Origin: Tubiluchus corallicola
Lineage: Eukaryota; Animalia; Priapulida
NCBI GenBank assembly: GCA_030141605.1
Contig: JAQGDQ010000700.1
Location: forward strand, 46,136-110,135
Direction of reading: 5' to 3'
DNA length: 64,000 bases
Shown here: positions 1 to 11,298 of the stretch, in pieces
How the letters are laid out: every line of letters starts with the position of its first letter
Numbering within the stretch: the first letter of the stretch is position 1
Notes under the pieces: generated by a model
Seen by the model: the letters and a program-made list of their open reading frames with translations, nothing else
Told to the model about the DNA's origin: nothing
The model's database searches: none
Made by a program: the position numbers and the translations under genes

Positions 1-360
1 AGAAAAGAGAGTGTGCAAACAGTGCTAGAGAAGAAAGTGTGCAAACAGTTAATGTTAGAGAAGAAAGTTTGCGAGTAGCTGATGTTAGAGAAGAGAGTGT
101 GCAATCAGTTGATGTTAGAGAAGAGAGCTTGCGAGTAGCTGATGTTAGAGAAGAGAGTTTGCAATCAGCTTATGTTAGAGAAGAGAGCTTGCGAGTAGCT
201 GATGTTAGAGAAGAGAGTTTGCAATCAGCTTATGTTAGAGAAGAGAGTTTGCAATCAGCTTATGTTAGAGAAGAGAGTTTGCAATCAGCTTATGTTAGAG
301 AAGAGAGTGTGCAATCAGTTGATGCCAGAGAAAAATTTTTACAGGCAGCTGATGTTTGAG
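1..360. repeat. 30-bp tandem repeat (about 11-12 copies, unit ~AGAAGAGAGTTTGCAATCAGCTTATGTTAG)
   Basis: Unit recurs every 30 nt; translates as (VREESLQSAY)n, open from position 3 to TGA at 359. Confidence 0.9.
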
Positions 361-2371
361 AAGAACGTTGCTTGCCAAACCCCGCAAAGAATGTACGTAA
401 ACTGTTTAATATTGTTAGAGTATTGTAAATAACGTTTTGATTTTTTCGTTGTTGAAAAAAGTTGATTTGCTATCGTAAGTGAACTATGTTGGCACACAGT
501 ATAAGCTTATTGTTAGTACAATATTGTATGCGAGTGCAATGTCATCAGCTTTAGGCATTAAAACTAAATTTAATTATTGTAATTAATACTGTGATATATA
601 ATAACATTTAAGCTGGAAGTAAGATAGCAGCTATACTTTGGTGATCTCAATGTAACAATTTAGCAGAAGCTTGGTATCTAACATTTAATTCTAATTAATT
701 GGAATATCGGATTAATTATATTAATGAGCTAAGTCCAGGCAACCAGTAAACAACTACTACCCTGGTACATCAACTTCAAAATTAAAACACTGTTATAACT
801 ATTAATGATGAATCAATACTGTATGTTATTAATTGTTATAATTATGGTTAATAATAGTATGTGAACAAATTGTGTTCCAAGTTATTTCAGGTTTAATTAA
901 TGCGGTACTTGTACAATCATTCCAAAGTGGGACCAAATTGTTGATTGGGATTTTTTATTTGCTTCATTCCCTGACTTTTATGATTCTGTAAATGCGAATT
1001 TTTGTTAGAACATAAAATTTGTGATTTGGTAGATGCAAAACGTGCCAGCTTGACAATACGAATAAATTTCAACATTGTTTTTTTTTGCACAAATTTGTAC
1101 AAATCTGTACTAGGTCAAAGCAAGATTTAGCAAGCTCGTGCTCAAGTCTGCATCAAGAAATAAATCTTCATTCTGTTTACGTGGTGTTAGCAGTTAATTA
1201 TAATTGGTGCTTCAGCAGTTCATTGGGAATTTTTACTTTAAATAACCCATTGTCAACATTATTGTTAGATTGACTTAGTGATTCCAAGTTGTTGAAAGTC
1301 CTACCTAAGCAACATGACCCGGGTTAGGTCAAAGGTCGTATGTATGATTTTTGACATTCACTGGACGTTTACATACATTAGTCACGTGATTAGAAAGGTG
1401 ACTGAATAAATCAGCAACACTGACCTTGACTAGGTGAAAGGTCACACCAACTACATTTGCAGAGTGCAATATTGATCTTTAAAGATCAAAGTTCATTGAG
1501 TAGAACAATACCGATCTTGACAAGTAGTCAAATGAGCGGTGGAATTAAATGCAGCAACCAGATCAATGGTAAATCACACTGCTCTGTATTAGAAAAGTAC
1601 GCAGTCCCGTGTTAGATTGTAGCGAAGTATTTTGCACTGTGTGGTGATCAGATAATGTCCCCTAACATGTATGTGTTCATGTATCCCGTTGAAAATGCTA
1701 TGTATAATGTGATGAATATATTAAATATTGTTGAAGTAAAACTATTGTAACAATGCTAAAGAAATAAAACCAAATCTTGCCCAGTTACTGTTCTTTTTTC
1801 TGTGTCATAGCTGATCTTTCGAAAGGAACTAGTCTGGAATGCAAAGGAGTGTGATACACTTATTGATTTTTTTCTGGCATTTATGTCATTTACAACTATA
1901 GCGTCGTCACATAATCTGTTTTTATTGAATGCGCCATTTAGTGTAGTCATTGGATTTTTTATGAAACTGTAGAATACGGAGAACTCTATTGTGACGCCAC
2001 GATATTAAAAACTGGTAAAAACTCATTACACGAATCAGAAGAATAGCATCACTGCAACACAGACCTCTTTATAGAGTTACTTCCAAGCAACTAATGCAAT
2101 AATATCTGCCGAGCTGATATACGCATATGAGATGTGACAGAGATGAAGGTAATAGTGGGAAGCTGTTTGTCACTTACAAATAAAATTAATTAAATTATAT
2201 GTGATAAACATTTACTGCAGGCTTTTTAGGTAAGAAAGCAAATAGTAATTTCCCATATACTCGTTAAAATCAGCAATTCAGGAATGGTTTGTTCAACTTG
2301 TGTATTAATGATGTTACTTGTGCATACACATATTTTTTGTGTTAACTAGTTTCTAAGGAAAAATTAATACA

Positions 2372-2632
2372 GCGCGTTCAGACTAGCGAGTTTTCTCGCC
2401 AAGTAACTCGCGCGTTCGTACTAGAGAGCAAAACTTGTTGCGAGTTACTTTCCGACAGTAAGCTTGAGCTAACACTCACTGTAAGAAGTGTCGAGAGTAA
2501 CTCGCCAATGCATGCATTCAGACTGGACAGCAATAATCGGAGAGTTTGCAATAACTTGCCGACAGTAACTCGCAAAGCAGTTCACACTTGTGAGTTTGCT
2601 GTCAGAGAGATTGCTCGCTAGTCTTAACACGC
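2372..2632. mobile_element. MITE, PIF/Harbinger-like
   Basis: 19-bp imperfect TIRs GCGCGTTCAGACTAGCGAG / CTCGCTAGTCTTAACACGC (17/19); internal ACTCGC/GCGAGT subrepeats; termini resemble the 45958-46136 element. Confidence 0.65.
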
Positions 2633-3243
2633 AGTTAACAACATGTTTTTATCAAAACGTTTCGTGCTCAGCAACGAATATTTCTCTGGGAGAGTCTGAA
2701 AAAGATAAAAAAATAAACAGTAAATTTTGCATTTTTCACTGAAAGTCCTTTTTTTTCACAAGTAAAGTACCTATTTGTGATAAACAATGTTGCATTTTTG
2801 AATATAATTGAAGTTACATTGTTGGTTTCTCAGCTAGAAAAAGAGATCTCTTATAACTTATACCTGAAGTTCGCTATGAACGATGGCAATCTAATCAGGG
2901 TAACGACCTCCAAGCCCTGCTCCTATGGGCAAAAACCTGTTTGTGGTCTATGATCTGTGTCTACGCCGTATTTTTAGTTAAAATGGCTGGTTTTACAGGT
3001 AAGTTCAGTATGAACCTGCCGGGAACAACAATATCATGTGCAAAATGGATTAGTGGTAATATTGTTATACGTCAGACATGTTTATTATTCTAATGTGGTG
3101 CAGTTGGGTGTGCAATAAAAAGATGCAAGAACAAAATGCAACAGGTAAAAATGGCACAGGTGTTAATAACAAGCTAAATGCGACACAGAAAAATGGTGCA
3201 AATGGTGCACTTAATTAAGTTAAATTAATGATGTGCTTAGATG

Positions 3244-3394
3244 TAGGAATAGTGTCGAGGGTAGTAATTATTTTAACGATTTTTTATTATTAAAATTATT
3301 TGTATATATGTATATACATACATACATACATACATACATACATACATACATACATACATGCATGCATGCATGTATGTATGTATGTATGTATGTA

Positions 3395-3430
<36 letters not shown>

Positions 3431-3509
3431 TGTATATATGCACATATATACAAATAATTTTAATAATAAAAAATCGTTAAAATAATTACTACCCTCGACA
3501 CTATTCCTA
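3244..3509. repeat. Near-complete palindrome (68-bp unique arms around a (CATA)n-CATGCATG-(TATG)n core)
   Basis: 3244-3311 is the reverse complement of 3442-3509; ORF track shows the same peptide on both strands. Confidence 0.9.
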
Positions 3510-3559
3510 TGTATATATATATATATATATACAAATTGAAAATAAAAATATACAAAGTT

Positions 3560-3794
3560 TACAAATAGAAAAAAGTGAAAAATAGCACACTTAGTAAAAC
3601 ACGAGTGGTACAATTTACTAACAATCTGACACTATTGTAAAACATCAGTCCTGAGACTGAACATACACAATTTTATAAATGTATTGTGATTTTATTACTC
3701 TGGACTGCTGTTTTACAGCAGTGTCAGATTATTAGAAAATTGTACCACTCACGTTTCATTAAGCGTGCTATTTTTCACATTTTTTCTATCTGTA
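3560..3794. repeat. Diverged inverted repeat / foldback MITE (~92-bp arms, ~50-bp spacer)
   Basis: 3560-3651 matches the reverse complement of 3702-3794 with scattered mismatches. Confidence 0.8.
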
Positions 3795-3981
3795 CTCTTT
3801 TTTTCCCATGTCTGTCCCTTATTATGTTACACTTGTCATAAAAGAAGAAAACCCTAATATGCCTTACCTGTGCTGACACTTACTAAGTTAAAGTTTCAAC
3901 TTAGCGTAACGCAATTTTTTCTAATTTTGCGTAGATTACGTTTTCAATGAATGTACTGCCATCTAACGAGAATATGCAGTG

Positions 3982-4100
3982 ATGTACAGAGCTTTAAAGC
4001 TGAGAAGAAAAGGTCGAATATGGGCTTTGTTCTTGCTCATCATAGCAGCGTTCGTTATGATACTGAACGAAAACAGAGAAAAACTGCTGCAATATGGAAG
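3982..4100 (+). CDS. Galactose-3-O-sulfotransferase-like, exon 1 (cytoplasmic tail + type II TM anchor)
   Basis: ATG 3982; MYRALKLRRKGRIWALFLLIIAAFVMILNE; donor AG|GTATGT at 4100/4101; phase 2 matches the acceptor at 5292/5293. Confidence 0.8.
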
Positions 4101-4729
4101 GTATGTGAAATTGAGCGCATGTATTTTATGTAAGTTTATCCTTTTATTAATTCCAAGCGCTGTTTGACTACATTTACATTTGACTGGCAACGTTAAAATA
4201 GTTAAGTTTTTATTGCGGATATAGAGAAACGTGAACTAATTGGCTTAGATAAATTTTGGTACTTTTCATTGCTGGTTTGTTGGAATTGTTGTACCGTTTC
4301 CGTAACGGATAAAATGATATTTCAGTCAGTGTTTTCAATGTGAACATCCAAGCCATATGGACGATGAGATCGTTTAATGTTAATGGGATTCTCTGTTTAG
4401 TTGCGGTTGTTAGGGCAAAAAGCATCATCAGATCAAAGCATTGCTTTTGTTGTTTAATTACCAAGGTGAATAGGTGATATAAGAATATATCCTAAAAGAT
4501 CATGGTTTTATTTAGATAATTACTTAGTTACTACCTCTAGCAAAAAACGCACACGGCACGAAAGTTTTCTACATCTACTGCTTATGATTGTCAAGGGAAC
4601 ATGTATATACAGCACTCACGGTACATTTTTGTGAGGACAAAAACTAAGAAGTGCACAAATTATTCTTTCTGATAAGAAGAACAAGAAGTTGTTCTTTAGC
4701 AGAAAATTGTAATGTAGTTTTGATTTTTT

Positions 4730-5245
4730 GTTTTATTTATAGTAATCTTTTGTAAGGGTAGCTCCTTTAGCGCTTAGCACTGCTTTCCAAGGAGGCCCTC
4801 AGGTTTTTACAAATATATACATAGATATACATATCACTCATGCAAATACATTACAACAGGCTGCGTTTATGATTTTTTAACAGGAAAAAATATTTATCAA
4901 GTATTAAACGAAACATAAAATTAAGTTTGTTACAAAATAAATAAAGTAACAATATATATATATAAAACTGTAATTTATAGCTGACATTAGGCTATTCAAT
5001 ACACAAAAATAAGTTTTAGAAAATCTTTTGTAAGTATGTAAAGATGACGTGTCCTTCGTGTGATTTTCCAAAGCACAGCTCCTGAATAATAAAAAGTACG
5101 CTTGCTATGCTCAATAGGTGATTAGATGATAATAATTGTGACCTTGTAACATGGTTATGAACACTTGCAGTTCTGATTCAGATATAATGGAGATATCATG
5201 TATTTAGACATTTGTACATCATTATTGCATTCATAAGGCGATTTT
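4730..5245 (-). mobile_element. Decayed 3' end of a CR1/L2-type LINE in the sulfotransferase intron
   Basis: Minus-strand remnants MMYKCLN..SVHNHVTRS..KRTFYYSGAVLW with stops and frameshifts, followed by a 3'UTR-like tail. Confidence 0.5.
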
Positions 5246-5292
5246 ACCTTGATTAAGAAAGTGCGCGTAATTATTTCTCGTTTACTTTACAG

Positions 5293-6406
5293 ACTTCCAT
5301 CAAGCACATCTGAAGCGCCCAATGATCCACATCCTATGCAGCTACCATCATCCACAGCAGATGCGTCAAGTGGAAAGGAAAAGAAGAACATCGTGTTCTT
5401 GAAGATGGTGAAGTGTGCCAGCAGTAGCGTCCAGAACATTCTAATGCGTTTTGGTTACAAGCACAATCTTACCTTTGTCCTTCCCAGAATGGGTTACCAT
5501 TTCGGGTTTAGACCATTTAATCCCAATCGGTTGGTGGCCCACAGCAGTAACGTCTACAACATGTTCTGCCATCACACCCGTTTCCATGCTCAAACCATCC
5601 CAAATATCATGCAGCCAGACACGGTGTACATTTCCATCCTTCGACAGCCGGGTACCATGTTCGAGTCCCTGTATACGTATCTTCAGTACAATCGCGAAAT
5701 TGGGGTCGATTATCGTATATTCCTGGATGACCCATCCAGATTTTACAATCCGCAGAAGCAGACGCGAATTATGGCACGGAATCCAATGTCTTTCATCTTT
5801 GGACTAGAAACGGAAGACTTTAATGACATGAAGTACATAGCAGCTTTCATTGCTGACGTCACCAAGCGGTTTGACCTGGTCATGATTTACGAGTTTTTCG
5901 ACGAATCGTTGGTGTTGCTAAAAGACCTTTTGGGTTGGTCCTGGGAGGACGTTGTCACGTTTCGGGTGAATGCCCGTCGGACCTCTCATAGGAGCAGCAA
6001 CTCTTTTGAGCTGATGCAGAAAGCTGAAAAATGGAACTGGGCGGACATGCACTTGTACGCCCACTTCTTGAACATTTTCACCCAAAAGGTGACCAATTAC
6101 GGTCGCCAGAGAATGGTGGAGGACGTAAGTCATCTGAGACTAATTACACAGGAGAAGTACGAAGAGTGTGTTGTGGGAGTGGTCACTGATTCACCCTTTC
6201 CCGGTCAAGGATTTCGTCTTCGAGGAAACACGAGTGAAGACTGTGCTTTGTTGGTAGAAGAAGAGATGTACTTTACTGAGAAGATAAAGCATAAATTGTG
6301 GCCTGGGACAAAATTTCCGGATATTATAAAGTTGGCCAAGGAAAGAGCCCAGGGTGAAAAACTTGCTCAGAATCTTGATACCAAAGATCTTGTTAAATCA
6401 TCTTGA
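5293..6406 (+). CDS. Galactose-3-O-sulfotransferase (GAL3ST/cerebroside sulfotransferase family), catalytic exon; spliced product ~410 aa
   Basis: NIVFLKMVKCASSSVQNILMRFG (5'-PSB), ISILRQP..FESLY.Y (3'-PB), RNPMSFIFG, FDLVMIYEFFDESLVLLK, WNWADMHLY.HF; acceptor TTTACAG|; AATAAA at 6430. Confidence 0.92.
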
Positions 6407-6599
6407 TGTTAACGAAATGTTAGTTCAACAATAAATCGTATTTATTAAATTTTGTACGTTTAATAAATGTATACGCAATCCACATCATTTAAAGCTGTGC
6501 ATGTTTAAAAATTAGCAATAAACGTTTTATTATTATTCATTCTTGCTGTAGAAGCGGAAGTGAGGCTGAATTGATACTGATTGAAAATATGTTGCTGTG

Positions 6600-7030
6600 A
6601 GACAGGGAAAAAGAAACGTAAGACGTTGTTAAATGAATCAGTGATTCAGAGATAAGGAAAAAGAAACCTACGACGACGTAGACCGAATCAGTGGTTTACA
6701 GATAGAAAAGGAAGGAAACCTAAGATACTGTACCATAGGTTTAGCAAGTGATCGGTAGATATGAAAAAAGAAACCTAAGACCGTGTTGAGTGTATGTTAA
6801 CGTGTGAGTTAATGATTCACAGATAGGCAGAAAGAAACCTACGATGTTGTAGAGTAAGTCAGTGAGTCACAGATAGACAGAAAGAAACCTACGATGTTGT
6901 AGAGTAAGTCAGTGAGTCACAGATAGACAGAAAGAAACCTACGATGTTGTAGAGTAAGTCAGTGAGTCACAGATAGACAGAAAGAAACCTACGATGTTGT
7001 AGAGTAAGTCAGTGATTCACAGATAAGAAA
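6600..7030. repeat. 50-bp minisatellite (4 near-perfect copies at ~6819-7025, degenerate copies upstream)
   Basis: Unit ACAGATAGACAGAAAGAAACCTACGATGTTGTAGAGTAAGTCAGTGAGTC. Confidence 0.9.
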
Positions 7031-7517
7031 AAAATTCGCAGGCGTATTTACAGCGAGTCAGTGACTCGTGACACTTTACAAGCGAGGATCGGACTTAAAA
7101 TTCGTAGTATAGAAAGCGAATAATTACTTTCACGGTTAAACAAATTATTTTATTTTAAACTAACAACATAATAGTGTATTATACCCTAATGCATATTCTA
7201 CAGTTTTGTAAGCTGGACGTCTGACAGGTTTCATTATTTTACATTATTTATTAAGAAACACCCTATTAACGGTATGCTTAAGTAAGCTATACACTATACG
7301 CATTAGGTGCGTGTATATAATATGCTGCGTCATATAATACGCAGGCTAGTGCTGTGTAAAAGAGTTTGCAGAGCTAATTATGCGCTCAAAAAGCAGACTG
7401 GTCAAGTCAGTGCTGCCTGTCAAATAACTTTGCTTTAAAACTGACAAGTTATACCTGTTTAGTTTGGCTTTACAACAAGTACGTTAAACGAAAGCAAATT
7501 TATGAAATTTAATGCTA

Positions 7518-8969
7518 TTAACCCCTACAGCCTTCAATGTCTAATTTCATAATCGGGTCGAAAAATTCATTTTCCTTTTTTGTTATAAAAATCGGAGTCT
7601 TGCCGCTTTTCGTTTTCATTTGTTCACATTCCTTCGCTTCCGGATTAGTGGACTGGTAGCACGCACTCCACACATCTATGCCTTGCTTTTTTGGAACCCA
7701 GTCCTCGGGAACTATACGAACCCCAGCTGCAGCAATTCTGTCCTTCAAGGTTACCTTGTAGCTTTTGGTAGGCTCAACAATGTTGTTGTTTTCCATTTTC
7801 TTCATCTGCGCTTCAGTTACAACGTTTAGTATCGCATGTTCTCCCTTGCTGTCTTTGTACCATTTCCACTTATTGTTTTGATCCAAATACTGAAATTTAA
7901 ATTTGGTTACTAGACTTCCCGCGTACTGAATGTATTTATTTTGCACTGCTTCAGGCCAGTCGTGAACGACTTGTTCATAACCAGGTTGTATTATAAACTC
8001 TCTAATTAGAATTCCAGTAATAAATCGAATTTCTATCATAGAACGGTAGTGAAAATTGTTTTGGCGACTTGCGGAAAACTCGAAAACGTATCCATCAGTA
8101 TAAATTTTACTTGGATGGTTGTCTACTCTCCAGCCCTGCGCAAGTGATATGCCAAGGTTGCTTCTTTCCTGAATTTCATTGCCATCTGTCGGAAAGAGTG
8201 GGTGCTGGGGATCTGTTCCAATCAGTTTACCTGAAATATACTCCGACAAAGTGAGAGGTTTGCTGCCTTTTATCCGATCTTGAATTTCGGATTTGACTTC
8301 CTCGATCGTTTGCTTCTCTGTTTCCGAGTTATACTTAGTAATTTCCGATGCTCCCATGTCGAAATATCCCACCATAGCAAATTGTTGTGAAGCCAGATTA
8401 TCTAATGCCGACATTTTCGCATTTTTACCGGAGCATTTGTACCTGTCTGCCTCACCCACCTTTATGTCGCAGTATCTTCCGGCTACCTTAGGAGGACATT
8501 CGCAGATGTAGCCATCGGATGTGTAGAGGCGATTTTCTTGGAAAACGATATTGCGACATGTGGAGCCACTGCTGCATATGTGATTTTTGGTCGAACACTC
8601 GTCAATGTCATTCTCGCACATTTTACCAGTAAATCCAGGCGGACAATCGCAATTAAAGTCCCTATTACCATTCGTGGTACATTTCGCTATCTTGCCTGTT
8701 TCCATTCCGCAGATCCAATTTGAAAATATCATGCTTTTACACATGTCAATGTTTTGAAAATTGCTGGGAACAAGGTATGTCAGTGCTATGCTAAAAGCTT
8801 GATTTCTAGCCGCAGCCGTGCCAAACATAATCCTGGCGTTTTTTTCATCTTCTTCGGCCAGCATTTTGTCTCGATTTGGTTCCATTAAAAATTTGTCATA
8901 ACCCCAACACAAAGTCAGAAACTGATGGACAGAAATCGTCCATAGTAGAACCCCACGAGGCCTGCCCAT
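7518..8969 (-). CDS. Intronless secreted protein: signal peptide - EGF - Ca-binding EGF - divergent discoidin (F5/8 type C) domain; lactadherin/EDIL3-like architecture, ~483 aa
   Basis: ATG at 8969 followed by hydrophobic GVLLWTISVHQFLTLCWG; two 6-Cys EGF modules (CDCPPGFTGKMC; DIDEC...CECPPKVAGRYC); F5/8C-like motifs VTKFKFQY..W.WYKD, IAAAGVRIVPEDW, MKLDIEGC. Confidence 0.8.
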   Translation of the reverse strand: MGRPRGVLLWTISVHQFLTLCWGYDKFLMEPNRDKMLAEEDEKNARIMFGTAAARNQAFSIALTYLVPSNFQNIDMCKSMIFSNWICGMETGKIAKCTTNGNRDFNCDCPPGFTGKMCENDIDECSTKNHICSSGSTCRNIVFQENRLYTSDGYICECPPKVAGRYCDIKVGEADRYKCSGKNAKMSALDNLASQQFAMVGYFDMGASEITKYNSETEKQTIEEVKSEIQDRIKGSKPLTLSEYISGKLIGTDPQHPLFPTDGNEIQERSNLGISLAQGWRVDNHPSKIYTDGYVFEFSASRQNNFHYRSMIEIRFITGILIREFIIQPGYEQVVHDWPEAVQNKYIQYAGSLVTKFKFQYLDQNNKWKWYKDSKGEHAILNVVTEAQMKKMENNNIVEPTKSYKVTLKDRIAAAGVRIVPEDWVPKKQGIDVWSACYQSTNPEAKECEQMKTKSGKTPIFITKKENEFFDPIMKLDIEGCRG

Positions 8970-9795
8970 GCTACTACCGTTGTTAGCAAGCCTAACTAAC
9001 CATTTCATTACAGTTAAATTTAAGCAGTTAACTAAACTCCTGACTTGCGCTCCTGACACAATAAATCAAGTTCACATTTTTAGAATTTCACGGTAAGTTC
9101 CATTTTAGTCTGGACCTCGTAAAAATTTTCCGTCGTTCTAAGAAGATGTTCTATGTAAAAGTATTTACCCTACATTGTCAAAAGTGACATTGTTTTACGT
9201 ATAGATTTCTAAATACAGGAAAACTGTTGTCAAACGCTTACTTTTTATACCGTCACTTTTATGCCCATATTTAAATCTATATCTTCGTATATAATCTTAC
9301 GGAAAAGATGAGATAGTGAAAACTTAATCAGTAAAAGCTGTCGTCTGTGAAGGTAAGCTACGTATCTTATAGTAAAAATAGCAGTTAATCTAATTTTGCG
9401 CAGTGTAGAAGACGCAATAATACATAGATATTATAATTGCACAGTTTATCATAGTCTGATAATAGTTTATCGCAGCTGCTTGTCAATCCAGTTTTCCCCC
9501 GGCCTCTTATGTGCGGAATTTTCGACCAGAAAGTTGTTTCCCTGATTACTACAGCATTTCCCGCTTTAATAAGACGTTCAACGGATATCTCCTATCACGA
9601 GCAAATTAAACACTCAATTGCAGAATTTACATCAATGTGGATGTTCACGGCGGAACTGGAATCTGTTTAATTATAAAGATATTTTTTAAGGTGAGAGACA
9701 AAACCCGCAGAGTCGCGTTCAGATTTAAATACATACCCATTTTATGAACTAAACTGGCAGAGAGCGAGAACTGCGAGCGAAAATTGTACCTACCC

Positions 9796-9842
9796 GTCAC
9801 CTACCCATTCACTAACCAACTTCGGTGTTGCTTAACTTTGGT
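9796..9842 (-). mobile_element. 5S rRNA-derived fragment (SINE3-like)
   Basis: Minus strand AAGTTAAGCAACACCGAAGTTGGTTAGTGAATGGGTAGGTGAC resembles the 5S internal control region; related pieces at 38893-38937 and 45781-45835. Confidence 0.5.
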
Positions 9843-11298
9843 TAATTTTGTTAAGCGCACTCCATGTCCATTAGGCATTTACCTCGCCCGATATTGATTT
9901 CCTTATTTATTAAATTTCCATGCATAGTACATTCGTTTTGTACGTTAAAAATAGCAATGTGTAGGAAATAATTTAAAAAATAAAAGACATGACAAAACTC
10001 GCAGTAGATAGACAAATAAGCATAATAGGAGTAGATTTAAGCAGAAAAAGACATATTTTTATGGTAATTTTTGGTAGAGATGGAGACATTTTATCTCACA
10101 TAATGCATTCAGGTTATTAAACTTTAGATATTATTATGAGATTATCACGGATGAACAATATTCCCTTTTCACTACTAGAAATCAATACGGGTTGATCATT
10201 TAAATGCCTCGATCTACCTTCACCTTGCTTGAGCATCAAAACAATGAGTACCTCCTTTGTGTTGTTGATGACGGTCGTCCCAATAACCTGTTTTGGTAGC
10301 CAGCTGTGAAAGTGAGAGTCGGCAATGTTAGAGCACAATAGGATGATTTGTGCCAAAATCAACGATGCATCATAACGTTGATTTTAAACGCGAAGGAATG
10401 CATCTCGTATTGATCAAACCAGGTAAGAAATTTCTCAATAATTCGTTCACAGCAAGCGTCACTAATACTGAATTATTAATTCGACGCAGTGGGGTATCAT
10501 TGATGAGGACTATGATAATGATTACGTGATGAGAGTTTGTTTGAACAGCTATAGTTTAAGTTGCTAATGCCACTTTGTATATTTTTCGCAGTTACATTTG
10601 ATTTAATAGAGTGTGGTGATAACTGTGTGTCATATAAGGTGAAAATCTAATGCTGATTTCTGAAATAAATATCACTCGTTTACGTCATTTCAATGTCACG
10701 TGAGAAGAACCCGAGAATTACGCATTAGAAAGCTCTTATTTTTGCCCGCCATCGTTTTTGAAAGCGCTTATTTGCTGCCCTTGTATCATGCTTGTTTCAG
10801 TTTAGCGTTTTGTTTTTCAGTTTGAGTGTAAACACCAATTAGCTCTACGCTGTGAAGGTCTAGAATGAAGACGAAATAACTGACATGTAGTGGAATGTAG
10901 TCCCAATTTTCTCGAGTGTAATTACCATTTTCGTGTATGAGAAAGAGGCCACCAATTTAGTCTGTTACTTACAGGCGTCATATTTAACTAATCTGGGTAA
11001 GAATGGATCTTACACAGAGTAGACAGATTCACGTCTGCGGGTTCCTAACTTATTATGCACCCAAGACTAGACGATCCTACATGTGGGTGCAGCTGTTTTT
11101 GCAGCGGAGCAACTAGATGGAACACTTCATCCATGGAATCTGTGTGAATTTTTAAGCCGTGTGATGTGAGAAACGTGCAGCTAAAATCGTGAGTTTGCTG
11201 GGGTCTTTTTCTAGCAATGCTCACTAAGCACTGAGACTGAAAAATATGTAATTGGCTAACAGACGAGATTCTGTGTCGATAACTCGAGAAGTGAAACA

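Noticed and set aside
5249-5292. ORF-track starts of the sulfotransferase (5249) and GT32 (25986) ORFs
   Set aside because: Both are TTG starts in intron sequence upstream of clear splice acceptors
8970-9059. N-terminal 30 aa of the 513-aa ORF call
   Set aside because: Starts at a non-ATG codon; the signal peptide begins at ATG 8969 (an upstream ATG near 9008 cannot be fully excluded)
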